DNA of 64,000 nt from Gracilinanus agilis (lineage: Eukaryota): assembly GCF_016433145.1 (NCBI RefSeq), contig NC_058136.1, positions 1,566,317 to 1,630,316 of the forward strand, written 5' to 3'. The position numbers were made by a program, and so were the translations under genes. The notes beneath the pieces were generated by a model. That model did no database searches. It worked only from the letters and a program-made list of their open reading frames with translations, and was not told the origin of the DNA. This document shows positions 12,801 to 26,892 of this stretch, piece after piece. Position 1 is the first letter of the stretch. The number at the start of each line of letters is the position of its first letter.

Positions 12801-14487
12801 CTTTATACTCTGAACAATTAGTAACTAATCAAACCTTATGTGATATTTCATTGGAAACTGGGCAATAGCAGTTTCCGCTAGCTTCTTCTAATTAGTCATG
12901 CGTGAATACTCTGGTGGAAATTAGCACTGATCTGCATATAAACTTATATATAAACTCTGCATATAAACAGAGCTTTAAATACATTTCTCTTTCTCTGGAA
13001 ATGTGACTCTAAGGTCCTAGATACCTCCTTTCACCACCACCTCTTTCCCCTTTAAGGGAATACTCATCTCCCACATGTTAATCAGAGTAAGGCTATGGAC
13101 ATGGAAAGGTCGGGGGGAAAAGTTCAAATAACCCCAGACTCCTCAAGTCTGATCATTGCTGGCAATGTTAAATGTCTCAAGAATTCATGAAGCACCACTC
13201 TTCAAATTAGGAGGGAAAATCATCTAATATCATAGTGGAGTAAGGCTTCTGTGTTAGCACAAATCACTTAAGGGTAAGATTTTAATTTGATACACTTTTT
13301 GAATGTTGCAATAAACATTTTTAATGCCCTTAGCCTAATTTTCACCTAACCTAATGTCTGGCACTTGGTTAGCTTGTGTTAATTCAGACTCTTTGGAAGG
13401 AACTGTAACTTCATTCAGTACTCTATATATTATCCAAGTTCTATATGATACAGAATATATATCAATATTATCTCCTCTTATCTGGTTACATAATTTCTCT
13501 TGGCACTGGTATTTTCTTAGTATGATGTTTCCGAAGAATGTGTTGCCTCACCCCAAGCAAACTGGACATAAAGTATGAATACTATCAATAATCTTGACGT
13601 TCTTGAAAGAAAACCAGGGAACAACAGGGATTTAGAAAATGGATGTTTTTTTTTTCTAACTTTATTTACAAGAAAGAAGACATAGTGAAATCGCTAAATC
13701 CTCAGGCTCCACTTTCAAAAGGAAAATTGAAAAAAATGGATGAAAAGTCTTATATTGCAATCTATCAGTACTTTAGGGGGGAAAAGCCTTTCCCAAAAGA
13801 TTTACTCCCATGGCTTTTAAATTCTGCATTCAGAGCTTAGCACTAGCAATAGAAGATACAAATACCCAAAGCACAGAGAATTTCCTAGGGAAATCACTTG
13901 AGAGCAACTTACTAGCCTCCAAAGGGCTAAAATGTGTTTCCCACAAACTTGTTTTCCAAAATAATATCCTGGTTGTTTATTTGCTAGACATTAAAACTCT
14001 ATTGATGCTCTACCTTAGGTTAGAAGCTCTGGTGATATGTGCGTGGGGTTGGGGGTGGTACTACAATAGTTTTATAAGTACATGTAGTACAATGGTACTA
14101 CAATAGTGGAAAGATTTTAAGTATGGGATTGGTAACATACTGTTAGCTTGTCCTCCAAGGACCAGCCCAGATAATTCAGACAAGTTCCTCATCAGAAGGG
14201 TGATGAGACATTGCATCTCACCAAGACCACTCTTAAGGCATACCACAGTAACAATCTTGGTTAGTGGAAGAAGCACAAATCTACTGATAAAATCATAGAC
14301 CTTATACTTCTCAAGTAAACAATTAAAATAAAATGAAGAGTTTTCCTATTTAATCACATGATATGTTTTTTCATGAGTCCCTTTTCTTACATTAAAATTT
14401 TGTAATTTATTATTTCAAAAAAAAAAGCTAAAAAAAGCTAAATTACATAAAGGAGAGAAGAAAAGTAAGAAGTATTCTTTTTTTCCC

Positions 14488-14669
14488 TTTAACCCTTACC
14501 TTCTGTCTTAGTATCAAATCTAAGATATAAGAGCAGCAAGGGCTAGGCAATTGGGGTTAACTGACTTGCTCAGGGTTACATAGCTAGACAGTGTCTGAGA
14601 CCACAATTGAAACCAGGTCCTCTGAATTCCACACCTGGAGATCTATTCACTATGCTACCTAGCTGCCCC
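14488..14669 (-). mobile_element. Older didelphid SINE related to SINE1_Mdo
   Basis: aacccttaccttctgtcttag...agggctaggcaattggggtt..tgacttgc...acctagctgcccc is the reverse complement of the SINE head and tail. Confidence 0.85.
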
Positions 14670-15736
14670 TATATTTGTGCCCTCCCTTCCCAAATGAGTA
14701 CTGGAGTACCATTTTCATGTACTAGAAAAAAAATTAACAGAGCTTTAGATACAACAAGATTTTTAACCAGTAGGCACAAATTAAGAAATTATTTAGGAAA
14801 TTAAACCATTTCAAGAAGCAATTAGAAAATGTGTATCATGGTAGCCAGCTGAGCATGAATTGAACCACCAAACAGGATTTAAAGAACGAGAACACTAGGA
14901 GCAAGATGTCTCTGTTGTTGGTCTGGAAATTTAACCAATCAGCTTCCTTTGCCAACATCTCCATCCCTGATACTGGAATACTACAGAATTTCTATCATTG
15001 TTCTTCAAAGTTTTAATACTACCCAACCCTAGAAAATGGCAGTTCCTTTTCCTGTGTGACTCATATCCAAGGCTGTCCACAGCACACACTCTAATCCAAC
15101 CTCCCAATAATTTAAAGTGTATTCCCTTTTCTCCAAAATATAAATTGAAGGAAAAATGGTTTAGTTCACTTGGGGTCTTACGAAACCTGTCTGGATTTAA
15201 AAGTAAATGTTCTCATTAGCTAATGGAAGTTTGAAACATTTTCCCATAAGAGAACTGGCAAGTACCCAGCAAGTCTGTGCTTTTTTCTCATTAAAATACT
15301 TTGGGCTGAGATGGCTTTTCTGCTCAATATTTATGATCACTTCACCTACCTAGGATGGGAAATGGTGAGCTTGATAAATGGCTTTAGATTGCCTAGGCTT
15401 TATTTTTGCTCCTAAAGTGCCATTGTTTCTTTTATGAAGTCCCTAACCCTGATTGTACCACCTTGTTATAGAAGGAGAGGGGAGGAAGAGAAAAGACTTC
15501 ATTGCTTCTATTTCTAACTCTGGTACTGTAAAAGTAAAATGCAGATGCCATTGTGGCACCTGCTGCTGACCTTAACAAAGCCCATATTTAAAGTCACAGA
15601 TAGTGATCAACCCTCCTGAACTCTATAGTATAAAAGTCAACTTATTTTCAAAGCATAAATGAAGTAGGTTTAACAGCAGGCTTCTCTCTGAAAATCAAGC
15701 AACATAACTGGGCAGAAGATTGCAGTAATCACTTAC

Positions 15737-15930
15737 TCTTTGGTCAGAAGGGGACAAGACTTCAGCAGAAATCGAGACAGCCCAGAGTCCTGGAAGTAGA
15801 GGTCAGGTGGGGCTGTCGGGCTCTTGAGATTCAAACACCTGACGATCACATAGAGCACTGCAGCCACAGCAGCTAACTTCACCCCATCAAACACAGCAGG
15901 CAGCTCGGAGGTTTCTAGCATTGCATTCAT
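15737..15930 (-). CDS. ABHD2: ABHD2 (monoacylglycerol lipase ABHD2) first coding exon, 194 coding nt; the exon starts at ~15937 with 7 nt of 5'UTR
   Basis: Translates MNAMLETSELPAVFDGVKLAAVAAVLYVIVRCLNLKSPTAPPDLYFQDSGLSRFLLKSCPLLTKE, matching the recalled mammalian ABHD2 N-terminus. Acceptor ttcttctctacag|gctcaagATG; phase-2 donor AAAGA|GTAAGT. The next exon (YIPPLIWGKSGH...) was not seen in 654-15700. Confidence 0.97.
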
Positions 15931-16929
15931 CTTGAGCCTGTAGAGAAGAAGTATATGAAAAAAGGGTAGGCAGAAGTTTGGTGTTTGCAGGGCACACTGA
16001 GACAGGTGCCAACTGCTAATCTCACCAAAGAAGCATGGGGAGGCTTCTCAGAGATTAACAACTGGGCCAAAACAGTGACATAGGCCTATGCTTAGGAAAT
16101 AGTAGTGGCAGCAATTTCAATGGCTCCTCATAGTCATGCTCAGGTCTCCCAGAATTCTAAGAAAAAACCCCCACCAAATCCAATCCTTCCTTGACCCTTG
16201 TCTCCCAAGCAGCTATTATCCCTCTCTTCCCTAATCATTACCAAACTTCTAGAAAAAGCTTTCTTTATCCAATACCTTCAACTTCTTCCTCACAAACCTC
16301 TTTTTATCAACTTCGTATAATCTAGCTCCCAGCCCCACCACTCAGCTAAAATTGCTCTCTCCTAATGACTTCTCAATTGCCAAACGAATGGCTTTTTCCC
16401 AGGCCTCCTCCTACTTCTTTGCAGCATGTGACGCTGCTGACCACCCCCTCTTTCTGGACATGCGTTCCTCCCTTGGTTTCAAAGACTACACTCTCTTCTG
16501 GCTCTCTTCCTAATGATATCTGGCATTTATGTAACATTTACAATTTATAAAGCACTTTACATACATTATTTTAATTTGATGGTTACGACAAAGCAATAAG
16601 ATACATAACTTCAGATAGTATAATTATTGAAAGGGGATATAGTGTAGTAGAAAGAACCCTGGATTTGGAATCATGAGAGATAAGGATATTATACCTTTCC
16701 TGGGAAACCCTAGGTAAGTCACTTAATATCTCCGAGTCTCAGTTTCCTCATTTGTAAAATGAAAATAATACCTATTTACCTTACAGGGATGTTATAAATA
16801 AGGCATACAAACATTAAAACACAACATAAATACCAACTATTATTATCACTCTTAGTTTACAGATGAAGAAAGAAGCTTAGAGAGCTTACATGATTTTGCC
16901 CATAGTCACAGAGCCAGAGGTAGAATTCA

Positions 16930-17181
16930 GGGCAGCTAGGTGGCACAGTGGAGAGAGTGCCAGACCTGTAATCAGGAAGACTTAGCTTTCTGAGTTCAAA
17001 TCTGGTCTCAGATACTTAACCAGCTGTGTGACCCTGGGTACATCATTGTTTGCTTCATTTTCCCCATCTATGAAATGAACTGGAGAAATAAATGGCAAAC
17101 CACTCCAGTATCTTTGCTAAGAAAACCCCAGATGGGGTCACTAAGAGTCAGACATGACTGAAAATGACTGAACAACAACAA
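16930..17181 (+). mobile_element. MAR1-type SINE
   Basis: gggcagctaggtggcacagtgg...ggagaaataaatggcaaaccactccagtatctttgc...gactgaacaacaac. Confidence 0.88.
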
Positions 17182-17789
17182 AAGATTCAGATTTAGATTT
17201 CTTCTGATTCCACATTCCCCCCCTCCCATTACATTATGCTCCCATGAAAAGAGCTGGCATTTATGTGGTACTTCAAGGCGCACAGAGTGTGCCAGTCCAA
17301 GGGGGGGGGGCTTGTTAGCATGGCCTGTGGAGGTCTAAGGAAGCTATTCAATGGCCAGCCAGTGTGCTTGGATGCTTTTGGAATATTGTGTGCCTTCTTT
17401 ATCTCCTGTTCTTATACAACACCAGTGTAATCATACCTGATCCATTTGCTATAATCATCTGTGCTATAATGGTCCATTTCTATGTGGTTATTGCTGAGAG
17501 ACCCAAAATGCTTGTGGCACCAGCAAGTGGGTCCCTCCAGCCAAGGGTTGTGGGTCCCAAGCAGAAATTAGGCATTTTTAGGTTGGTGAAAACTTGGATC
17601 AATATTTGTGTCACTATGTATCCCAGATTTATGGGAATGCTGGGACCTCAGTCACAGTCAAGTTCCTGCATGTCCTTTGCTCAATAAAATACCAATTTGA
17701 ACATTAGTAAGTTTTCTCTGACTACTAATTCCAACTTCTAATGCCTGAAAGAAGCTATAATCTTGATATATTTGATATGGTCACACAGA

Positions 17790-18800
17790 GCAATGCATAC
17801 ATATAGCTCTTTAAATTCTCCCCTGTCTTTTTTCACTGGCTTCTCATTCTCCTAATTCCCCAAAGCAATGTTCTCCCAAGGTTTTCCCCATAAGTCCTTC
17901 TTCCCTTCTCTGATTATTTCTTGGCAATTTCATTCACTCTCCTGATTTCAACCACATTTACAAAGATGAGTCTCACATCTACATTTTAAGTTCTGACCTT
18001 TCTGCCAGACCTGCTACTCTTAACCTCCATCTGTAGGCCACCTCCAAGTGAATGTTGCATTGGCACTTTAAATTCACCATCTTGAAAACAAAACCTAACA
18101 TCTTTCCATCTAAATGAGCTCCTTCTGACCAAAACTTCTGCCAGTGACATCATTTGCCTGTTCTTCATAACTGAAGCCTGATGCTTAACTTTGCCTCTTT
18201 CCTTTCTCATCACCTCTTCTTATTTCTAATCTTATAACCTCATCCTATATTCATCTACCAAGTCCTATTGTTGCCTGTAGTTACCAAGTCCTATTGCTCC
18301 TTCTTCTATATCTCCTTTCCATTCCATTCTCCTCTTTTAGTTCATTTTTATTGCTACCATCCTATTACCAGCCCTCATTACCACTAAGCTTCTTTACAGG
18401 CCTTTCTACCTTGTTATTCCATCTTTCATAGTACCGTCACACTTATTTTCATTAGGTATAGATCTGGTCACATTAAGCATTTTTTCCAAAAATTGTCATT
18501 CACTCTGTTGCCTTTCTTGGATAAAGTTCAACCTTCTTTGTCTGGCAGTCATGGACCTTTAGAATCTGGTGCCACCCTACTTTTCCAACCTCACCTCATA
18601 TGACTTCGCCTCTTATATAGTCCATTCTCTAGTCACTGGCCTACTCTGTTTTCCTACAGCATCCCTTAAAGCTTTCTGCCCATTCCTTGGGCTCACTGCT
18701 AACTATGCCTGGAATGTTCTTGCTCCTCCCTACTAAATTCCCACTAATCCTTTAATGCCAAACTAAACTGCTACTTCTTCTCAGAGAAGCTTCCTTTGAT
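17790..18800 (+). mobile_element. Degenerate L2 fragment(s)
   Basis: Pyrimidine-rich L2-like motifs (ttcaaccacatttacaaagatgagtctcacatct; ggataaagttcaaccttc; actatgcctggaatg). Boundaries approximate. Confidence 0.55.
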
Positions 18801-18852
18801 CCTCTTTCCGGTGGGTAACCCCCTAGCATTCTGTTTTATACTTACTGTTAGT

Positions 18853-19080
18853 ATTACAGTGGATAAAGTGCTAGGCCTGGAGTAAGGATGACCTGAGTTC
18901 AAAACCAATCTCATATAACTATGTGATTCCAGGCAAGTCACTTAACTTATCTATCTCAGTTTCTTCAACTGTAAAATGAAGATAATAATAGCAGCTAGTT
19001 CTCAGGGGTATTATAAAGATTAAATGAGATAATATTTATAAAGAATAGAATATGGCACATAGTAGGTGCTTAATAAATGT
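18853..19080 (+). mobile_element. MIR / core-SINE
   Basis: gtggataaagtgctaggcctggagt...ggcaagtcacttaac...tgtaaaatgaagataataata...taaatgagataat. Confidence 0.8.
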
Positions 19081-19102
19081 TCCCCCCTCCATTTAAAGTA
19101 CA

Positions 19103-19581
19103 TGTCATAGATAATAAGTGTGAAGTAATTATATAGGGAACTTGGATTCTGAGGACCCTAGTGTTAGGTCAGAGGAGTCATAGTCATGTGACATGTCTGA
19201 TGACCAGATGCTTCAGTCCCCCCACTCCAGGCATGGGCATCTGAAGCATCAATGTGCCAGAGCCAGCAAAATGTCACCACAGAGGGAGGAACTAGTGGAG
19301 CTTAAAAATCAAGCTCATTAAGGAGTGGCTTTTTTTTTTTTTTGGCAACTGACCTTTGAATGGTCTCTGCAGCTGCTCCCTCAGCTCCTTATCTTATCTG
19401 GTAATCTTTGGCAACCAGTGGCCTGAGCCAGCTAAATGGAGAATCAGATCTAGCCCTAAAGTCAGAAAGGCTGAGACCTATATCTCTCTATAAACATCTT
19501 TCTCTCTTTTTACTAATAAATGCTTATAAATCTAGTAATAAGCCTCCAGATTAATTTTTATTTATAATAATAACTATGACA
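19103..19581 (+). mobile_element. Solo ERV LTR (probably class I), 479 bp
   Basis: Ends TGTCATAG...CTATGACA form an 8-bp terminal inverted repeat; 4-bp TSD taca/taca; AATAAA near 19515 on the plus strand. Confidence 0.85.
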
Positions 19582-19739
19582 TACATTTATTTATGTTGTA
19601 TCATCTTCCCATTATACAATAAGCTTCAAGATAGTAGAGAAACTAACTTATCTAAATTTTTAACTCCTCCCCTTATTAGATCCCCATTAGAATTTTAACT
19701 TCCTTTACAACCACTGGTCAAAATTTCTTTAAAAAACAA

Positions 19740-19915
19740 GAATATATAATACGGAGAAATGTTTTACATGACTGCACATGTAAACTCTATATCAGATTGC
19801 TTATCATATCTCAAGGGGAGGAGGAGAAGGAGGGAAGGAGAGAGAATGGAGAACTCAAAATAAAAAAGTGTTAAAATTATACATGTAACTGAGGAAAAAT
19901 AATTATTTTTAAAAA
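19740..19915 (+). mobile_element. Old L1 3'-end fragment
   Basis: atgttttacatgactgcacatgta...gagggaaggagagagaat..aactcaaaa...tacatgtaactgaggaaaaataa resembles a marsupial L1 3'UTR. Confidence 0.65.
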
Positions 19916-19999
19916 AGAATATAATATAAAGGGGGATGCATTATGCTTTTTTCCCTCTTAATATATATTTTCCTAAGACACACAAATAAAATTACAAAT

Positions 20000-20205
20000 A
20001 GCTTGAATGGTCATATTTTGAGAGAGTGAGAAAAGAAGAGAACAAAATAAAGCAGGCACCATGTTTAGTTCTAGGTAGTGGAGTTTAGGAAAGTCAGGTA
20101 AAAACTGGTGAAGATTCAAAGGAGAGCAAACCAGGATGCTGAAGAGTCTTGAGATCATATTATGAAGGGATCAGTTGAAGGTAGTAGGGACATTTCATCT
20201 GGAGA
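20000..20205 (+). mobile_element. L3/CR1 fragment; a further 3' piece lies at ~20880-21100
   Basis: CR1-like motifs (aaactggtgaagattcaaaggagagc...catttcatctggagaaaagaa; aggcaagtttaggctt...gaaaaactt). Confidence 0.55.
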
Positions 20206-21588
20206 AAAGAACTGGATCACAGAATCAGAGATTTAGAACTGAAAGGAACCTCAAAGGTCATTTACTTTAACCCCCTCATTTTATAGATGAAGAAACAGAG
20301 GTTCAGAAAAGTGTCATATTTCACTTTCCATTTAGCCATTCATGCTCCACCAGCAGCACCCAGCAACAGACTTCTATAAGTCAAGCTCCTAGTCTCTAAG
20401 AAAGTTAAATTACTCCTCTTTGGAATGCCTGCCATAGGGCTAAACTATCTTTGATTATTACAATTCTGTTTAACCTGAGATTTCTATTTAGCTGGTTCTA
20501 ATCTGACTATGCTTTATATCCCAGCCAGCCAACCTAGGCCATTTTGATATCTGCCCTAATACCATATGCTTGCATTGTTACTCTTCCTTCTTTTCACCCT
20601 TGTTCTAGGTGTAGGAATCAAAACCCCACCAATACTTTGGGAAAGGGCAAGTCAACTGACTGTCCTATGGTTCAAGAGCATGTCGACTGGCTGCTCTATG
20701 GATCCTTCTGACTCTTTAGGCCAGAATCTCCTTTCTTGGTCACCACTTCCCTCAATGTACTGGTTGTCTCCCCAAATAGAGCGGAAGCTCCTTTAGGTCA
20801 AGGATTGTTTAACTTTTTCTGTCTTTAGTGCTTAGCGCATTATCTGGCATATACATTTGTCTTAGTGTGCATACTATCTAGTGTGCAAAGAGGCAAGTTT
20901 AGGCTTACAGTGAGAAAAACTTTTCTAGCTGGAGCTGTCCTAAAGAAGAATTAGCTGCTTTGGGGGGCAGTTGATTCCCTGTTTCATGAAAGTCTTCAAG
21001 CAGAGCTTAGTAGACCACTGGTAGTAGATATTATATAGGTAAATTCTGAATATAGGTTGAACTAGATAGCAACTGAGGACCCTCCAAATGCCAATAGTAT
21101 GTGGAAATTTTTTAGATTTTTATATAATTCCAATAGGCTTTCTCAGAGAAATACTGAAATTCATTTTGAAAAACAGATAGGCAAGAAATATCAAGACTAA
21201 CTATAAACAAAAGAACAGGAAAAGGGAAGGCTTTATCCTACCAGATTCTAAAATGTGTACATCCTCACAACTTTGGGCAAGATTAACATTTTGCTACCAT
21301 CACCAGCCTTCAGAATGTCGGAATGCTATAAGCTTCTGTTTATGGATCTACAAGACAGCCTTAAGTAACAGGTGTTTGTTGCTAAGTGTGTCCTCTGAAA
21401 AGATGTCTTTATAAATGTCAAAGGGAATGAAGTGCTTTTACTGCAGGTATAAGTTTACTGCCTGAGATATTCCAGCTCTCCATAATAAATTTGCAATTAG
21501 GCAATAACATTACCATCTTTGCCTGATTTCTCTGGGATTTATTCCACAGTGTTTCTCCTTTTCTTAGAGGAAAATTCATATTCTAGCC

Positions 21589-21766
21589 CAGTGATGGGCA
21601 AACTTCAGGCCAGATGTGGCCCCCTGAAATGTTCTATACTGCCTCATGACATTATTCCTAATCTGATGAATACAATGAGTAGGATACAATAAATACAATG
21701 AAACAGACTGACAGAGGAGCACTTCCTTTTCTTTGGCTCCCTCTTTAAAAAGTTTGCCCATCATTG
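21589..21766. mobile_element. hAT-Charlie-type MITE, 178 bp
   Basis: TIRs cagtgatgggcaaactt / aagtttgcccatcattg (16/17). 8-bp TSD ttctagcc / ctctagcc with the central CTAG typical of Charlie targets. Confidence 0.9.
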
Positions 21767-22419
21767 CTCTAGCCCATTTAATTCTCTCTCTCTCTTTGTG
21801 ATTTCAGGGAGAGGGGAATGGTACTCTAGTCAAATTTTCCCAGGGGATATCCAACAGGAAGGATATTTTGATTATGTCCACTTATCTGGCCCAAATTCCA
21901 AACAAAAAGAGATCGGAAGTATAGCAATACATGTTTGTATCTGGCTATTTCCAGAATTTCCTGTTCTTCTGTCTTTTGAAGTAGCTCCAACATGTATGAA
22001 ATGATAATGTATTCTTCCTCTTGTTAACATAGAAATTAGAAGAATATCAGTTCATAGGCAATACTAGATTTCCATGGAATGGTTTATCACTAGGCTATTT
22101 TCCATCAAGAAAACTTATCATAAAGAGATAAACTAATGAACAGTGACAAGAGGAAAGCATTTCCCAAAACCTTAAATAATAGCCAATCATTACTTAAATT
22201 TTCAAAAACTGATTAAGACTCAATTCAAGAAAATATTCTATAGCAAAGACTAGTAAAAAGGAATAAAGAAATCCTTTGCCCAACAGCAGGAGTGCAGAAG
22301 TGACTAGTTCTACTCATCTGTTCTCACCAAAGAGAACACAATTCATTGAGAAAAGCAAGATATAGACTATTTCTCAGATTTAAAAAAATGTATTTATTGA
22401 TGCCTTAAAAAATAACCAA

Positions 22420-22619
22420 AACACTTCATACCCTCTGTTTCAGAATCAATACTGTGGATTTATTCCAAGGCAGAAGAGTAGTAAGGGCTAGGCAACTGGG
22501 ATTAAGTGACTTTTTGTCTAGGGTCACACACTTTTGGATGTGTCTGAAGTCAAATTTGATCCCAGGACTTCCTATCTCCAGGCCTGGCACTCTATCCCAC
22601 TGAACCATTTAGCTGCTCC
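22420..22619 (-). mobile_element. Older didelphid SINE
   Basis: aaggcagaagagtagtaagggctaggcaactggg..aagtgactt...ttagctgctcc. Confidence 0.8.
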
Positions 22620-25222
22620 TACTTCTCAAATTTTAACCAATTTTCCACATCATAAGTATGGAAAGCAGAACTTTTCACTTTCTGGTATTTGTGAGAATTC
22701 ATGTAAGGGTATATTGTTCACTTAATGTGACCCCTTGGCACTTTCTTAATGTATCTAATTCCAAAAATGTTAATGATGGATGTGGCTTAGATCTTTCATT
22801 AGTACACCAATTCCTTGGTCATTGAACAATATGACCAAATGCAAATAGCACCACTAGTTAACTATGCTATGTGATTCTTAGTACCATTATCTCCTCTTTC
22901 TCCCATTTGACTATCTTCATTATGGAAGCAGAAGAGGATTCATGGCCATTTTGTGTTTTAGCCCATGTCACTAATTGCTATGGCCAAAAACAGATTTTCC
23001 CCATTTAAACTGTTAACTTCCTTCAAGATGCAGATGCTCTTTTAGATTACCTCAACTGCTAATGTCCTCTTTCCCTCTGCCTGGTCTTTAATTACTTTAT
23101 ATTTTTATTTTGCCCTTAGTCTGTATATATTTATTTTACCTATATTTAATATATTTCCCCCCAATAGGAGATGAGCTTCTTGGGCAAGGACTGTTTCAGT
23201 TATGGCTTTGTATCCCAGCTTCTTAGCATGGAACTTGGCATATAGTAGGCACTTAATAAAGGCTCAGTGATTGAGTCATAAGTCAATCTCCTGGTAGTAA
23301 ACAAATTTATATTTAGCTAGATTGAAAAATAAGCCCCTCCTTTCAAGTCATTATAGCTTGAAGGGTCCAACAGAACTTGTGCTCTACTAATAAAGTTTCT
23401 GAGAGCCTGGGGTGTTATATCACAATGACAGTGAAAGTGTGACTTCAGCAGGAGACTCTGGAATATCACTTTAAAACTCAGGATGGACTCTGGATAATTT
23501 TATCACATTCATCCTTTAAACTTTCCAAAGGAATAACATCTTCTCAAATTCACTAACCACCAACAGTATGTCAGAGGTCCCTTTGAATAGAACTATAATT
23601 ATTACATTGAACCCTCTACTTATCCTAGATTTCTTCCTTCTTCCTCCTCCTGCCAACCCTATTCATTAGTTGCTAAACCCTTCTTCTGGGACTCCACTTG
23701 CATAACATCTTTCATATCCATCTCCTTTTCTCCATTCCTATAGCCAGCATTCTAGTTCATGCTTCCAGTTCATTATATCTCACCCTAACTATCATATTTT
23801 CCTAATTTGTTTTCTTATTTTCAATCAATCTTCCATACCACCCCTAAAAAATCTTGCTAAAGCACAGGTCTCAACATGTTACTGTCCTACTAAAATAACT
23901 TTTAGTTTTTGCTTCTAGGCCTTTGCCCTATTTCCTCTAGGCTAAATTATAAACTCGCCAATCCTGGCTCTCTACAATTTGATTTCAAATGACTACGATA
24001 GTTCTAATTTCATATTATTCTATCACACATTCAATGCTACAGTTAAAATGAACTACCAGCTGTTCCTGAAATCAGCATTCCATTTCCTTCCTCCAATGCA
24101 TTTGCAAAAGCTATCCTCCCATATGTGGAATATGATCCCTTCTTCAATTCTGCCTCTGAAAAATCTATCTCTTCCTTCCAGGCTTAGATCAAACAGCATT
24201 TGTCAATGTTCTCTTCTTTTTTTCAAATTAATTTATATTTATTCATCTATGTACTTGTTGGATACCCTCATCTCCTCCAACCCCGCTCATGTACAGTAGG
24301 AAGAAATCTCCCCAAAGGCAAGAGTTATACCATTTTTTTTTGTGTTTGTAGCACTAGCACATAGCCAGTACAGAGAAGATATCTCATAAATTTTTATTGG
24401 ATTGAATTGAACTAAACCAAAAGGGAGTTTTCTCTTTACCCTTTTTTGTTTGGAAGTGAACAGATATAGTCTAATGTGGTTTGACTAGATTCTTTTTCCT
24501 CATTCTATTTCATAAAGCAAATAAGTAACAACTACAGATTCTCAAGTCAATACCTTATTGGATCAATATAGTGTTGAGAAACCCAAGAGAAGGGGAGAAA
24601 ATACCCTTAGCAAAATAATCTTACCAATTTCACTTGTTCTTTGATGGCAGGAACTCTTGACTGTCGTTTTTAGGAAGCCTTTGAACTGAGATAGTCAAAT
24701 TATCCTAAAAATCAAAGAGATATTTTATTGTTTTTGAAGATTGTGAAGGAGGTAGCCTAATTAAAACACAAATATAATGACCTAAAAAGCACAGGTCTAA
24801 TGAGGGAACTGTCTGAAAGGCAAAAGAAGATTACTGCAATAAACTTTTTAGGCAGAAGCAAAGAACCACAGCCCACTTTATGAGTGCCCACGACTAGTGT
24901 TTCTTGACCTATTCCATTCACAAGTTTTTCTTTTTAAATGTTACAGTGCCCAAACAAATCAGTATTGCTTCTTAAAAGAAATGGAACAATGAGGCTTAGG
25001 GAGAAAAGAAAACTAACTTGCTAGTACTGGATTTTAAGGATGAACCCTTCAGCAGATTAAGTTGCTTCCTTCCAGCTACCAGTTTTAATTGCCATCAAAG
25101 ATATCAGAGTACAGAAACTGTGGGAAAGGGTGGAGAAGATGTTTTCACCTGGTTTTAAGAGGAAAAAACCAAAACATCTGTTGACAAAGCAGAGATTATA
25201 TATTTAAAAGCACTATGTCCTT

Positions 25223-25419
25223 GGGGGCAGCTGGGTAGCTCAGTGGATTGAGAGCCAGGCCTAGAGACGGGAGGTCCTAGGTTCAAATCTGGCCTCAGAC
25301 ACTTCCCAGCTGTGTGACCCTGGGCAAGTCACTTGACCCCCATTGCCTACCCTTGCCACTCTTCCACCTATAAGTCAATACATGGAAGTTAAGGGTTTAA
25401 AGTAAAAAATAAAAAAAAA
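25223..25419 (+). mobile_element. Young SINE1_Mdo-like SINE, short-tail variant
   Basis: Near-consensus full element; 15-bp TSD aaaagcactatgtcc. Confidence 0.95.
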
Positions 25420-26892
25420 GCACTATGTCCGTCTTTTCATAAATTTACTCTATAAAATACCTGAGTGGCAAAGGAAGGCTCTATAACAATAAGAAGAACC
25501 TTACCTAACAATCATTACATGTAATGATCCTCTACTATGGGCCCCAGTGTTGTGCAAAGATTTTTGGGTAATAGAGAAATAGATGACAGCTCCTGCATTG
25601 GTGGGATTCAAGGCTTCCATTAGTGAAACAACTAGTGAACAATATATGGGAAGAGAACCTAAAGTGAGATGCTGCGTGTTCTACATTCTAAAGGTGTCTC
25701 AGTTATCTGAAGGAGGGAGAGAATACTGAGAAGAGAATTTAATACCCAAGATGTCATGGAGGTAGATCTTGAAGAAAGTGTGGGATATGATCTCTAATGT
25801 TCCCTCTAGTTCTACTCTAAAAAATTTCAGGGGTTAGGATAAATAAGAAATACTCAGATTGGCATTTAAAGCCAGTCTTGTTAGCACTGACCTTTCCTGT
25901 TTTATCTCATTTCCACTGAGCTACCCAGCTGCCCCCTAGACTATACTTTAAACATAACACTTTCATATTTTATTTACATAATTTTGCTGGAGACCTTCCT
26001 TTCCTATAATTTTTTTCTTTACTTCTTTTTTCCTATATCTTCCACTTTACCTATTGAAACATAGCAAGGCACTATTTATGGACACAGTTAACTGAAACAG
26101 TAAATAAAAAGACATTAATTCTTAACTCCAAGGACGCTTGAAAGTAACCATCCTTCAACATGGAATATTGATAGCTATATTCATAACATTCTCTCTAGTT
26201 TTCTTACTTTCCATTATAGCTTCAAACCAAAAATATTTATACACCAAAATCAGTCCGAAAAATGCAATATTACTTCAGATAATTAACTTGGACCTATTCT
26301 CATTGGAATTAAAAAATGCAAACAACAAAGATTTGTTTCCAATATTTATCTGTTGACTATAATAATGCTTCATGTACCTATGAGACTTCTAAGACACATC
26401 TTAGTTTTTTCATATTAGAGGATATTGCCATCGACAGTATTTGTTGAAAGCCACAGAAGAACCACTGTATCCAAATAATAATCATAGGTGAAATTATCTT
26501 CCAATGCAAAGGACAATTATATAAGGTAAAATTCATTTCTGAAGTATTTGAGCAATTGTTCATTTTGGGCTCAGGACAACTAGTCATTTCAAAAGCAGTT
26601 CAGATCATGTTCCATTCCCCATGTTTTTATACAGATAAAATCAAGTTAAAAAAGAACATCAAGGACAGCTTTGCAGAGGAAAAGAAGCCACAGAATAGTA
26701 CAGAATGGTCTTAATAGTCATGATGTGGAAGGAGGTAATCTTATATCTTAGATGGTAAGGAATACTGAACTGATTGTATATGTGAGGGTCAAGTATTATT
26801 GCCATCTTTCTTGCCAATAGCCTCGTTCTTTGAGGTGTTACCTTCCAGAACCTAACACAATGTCTTATACTATATAACAGGCACTTAAGAAT

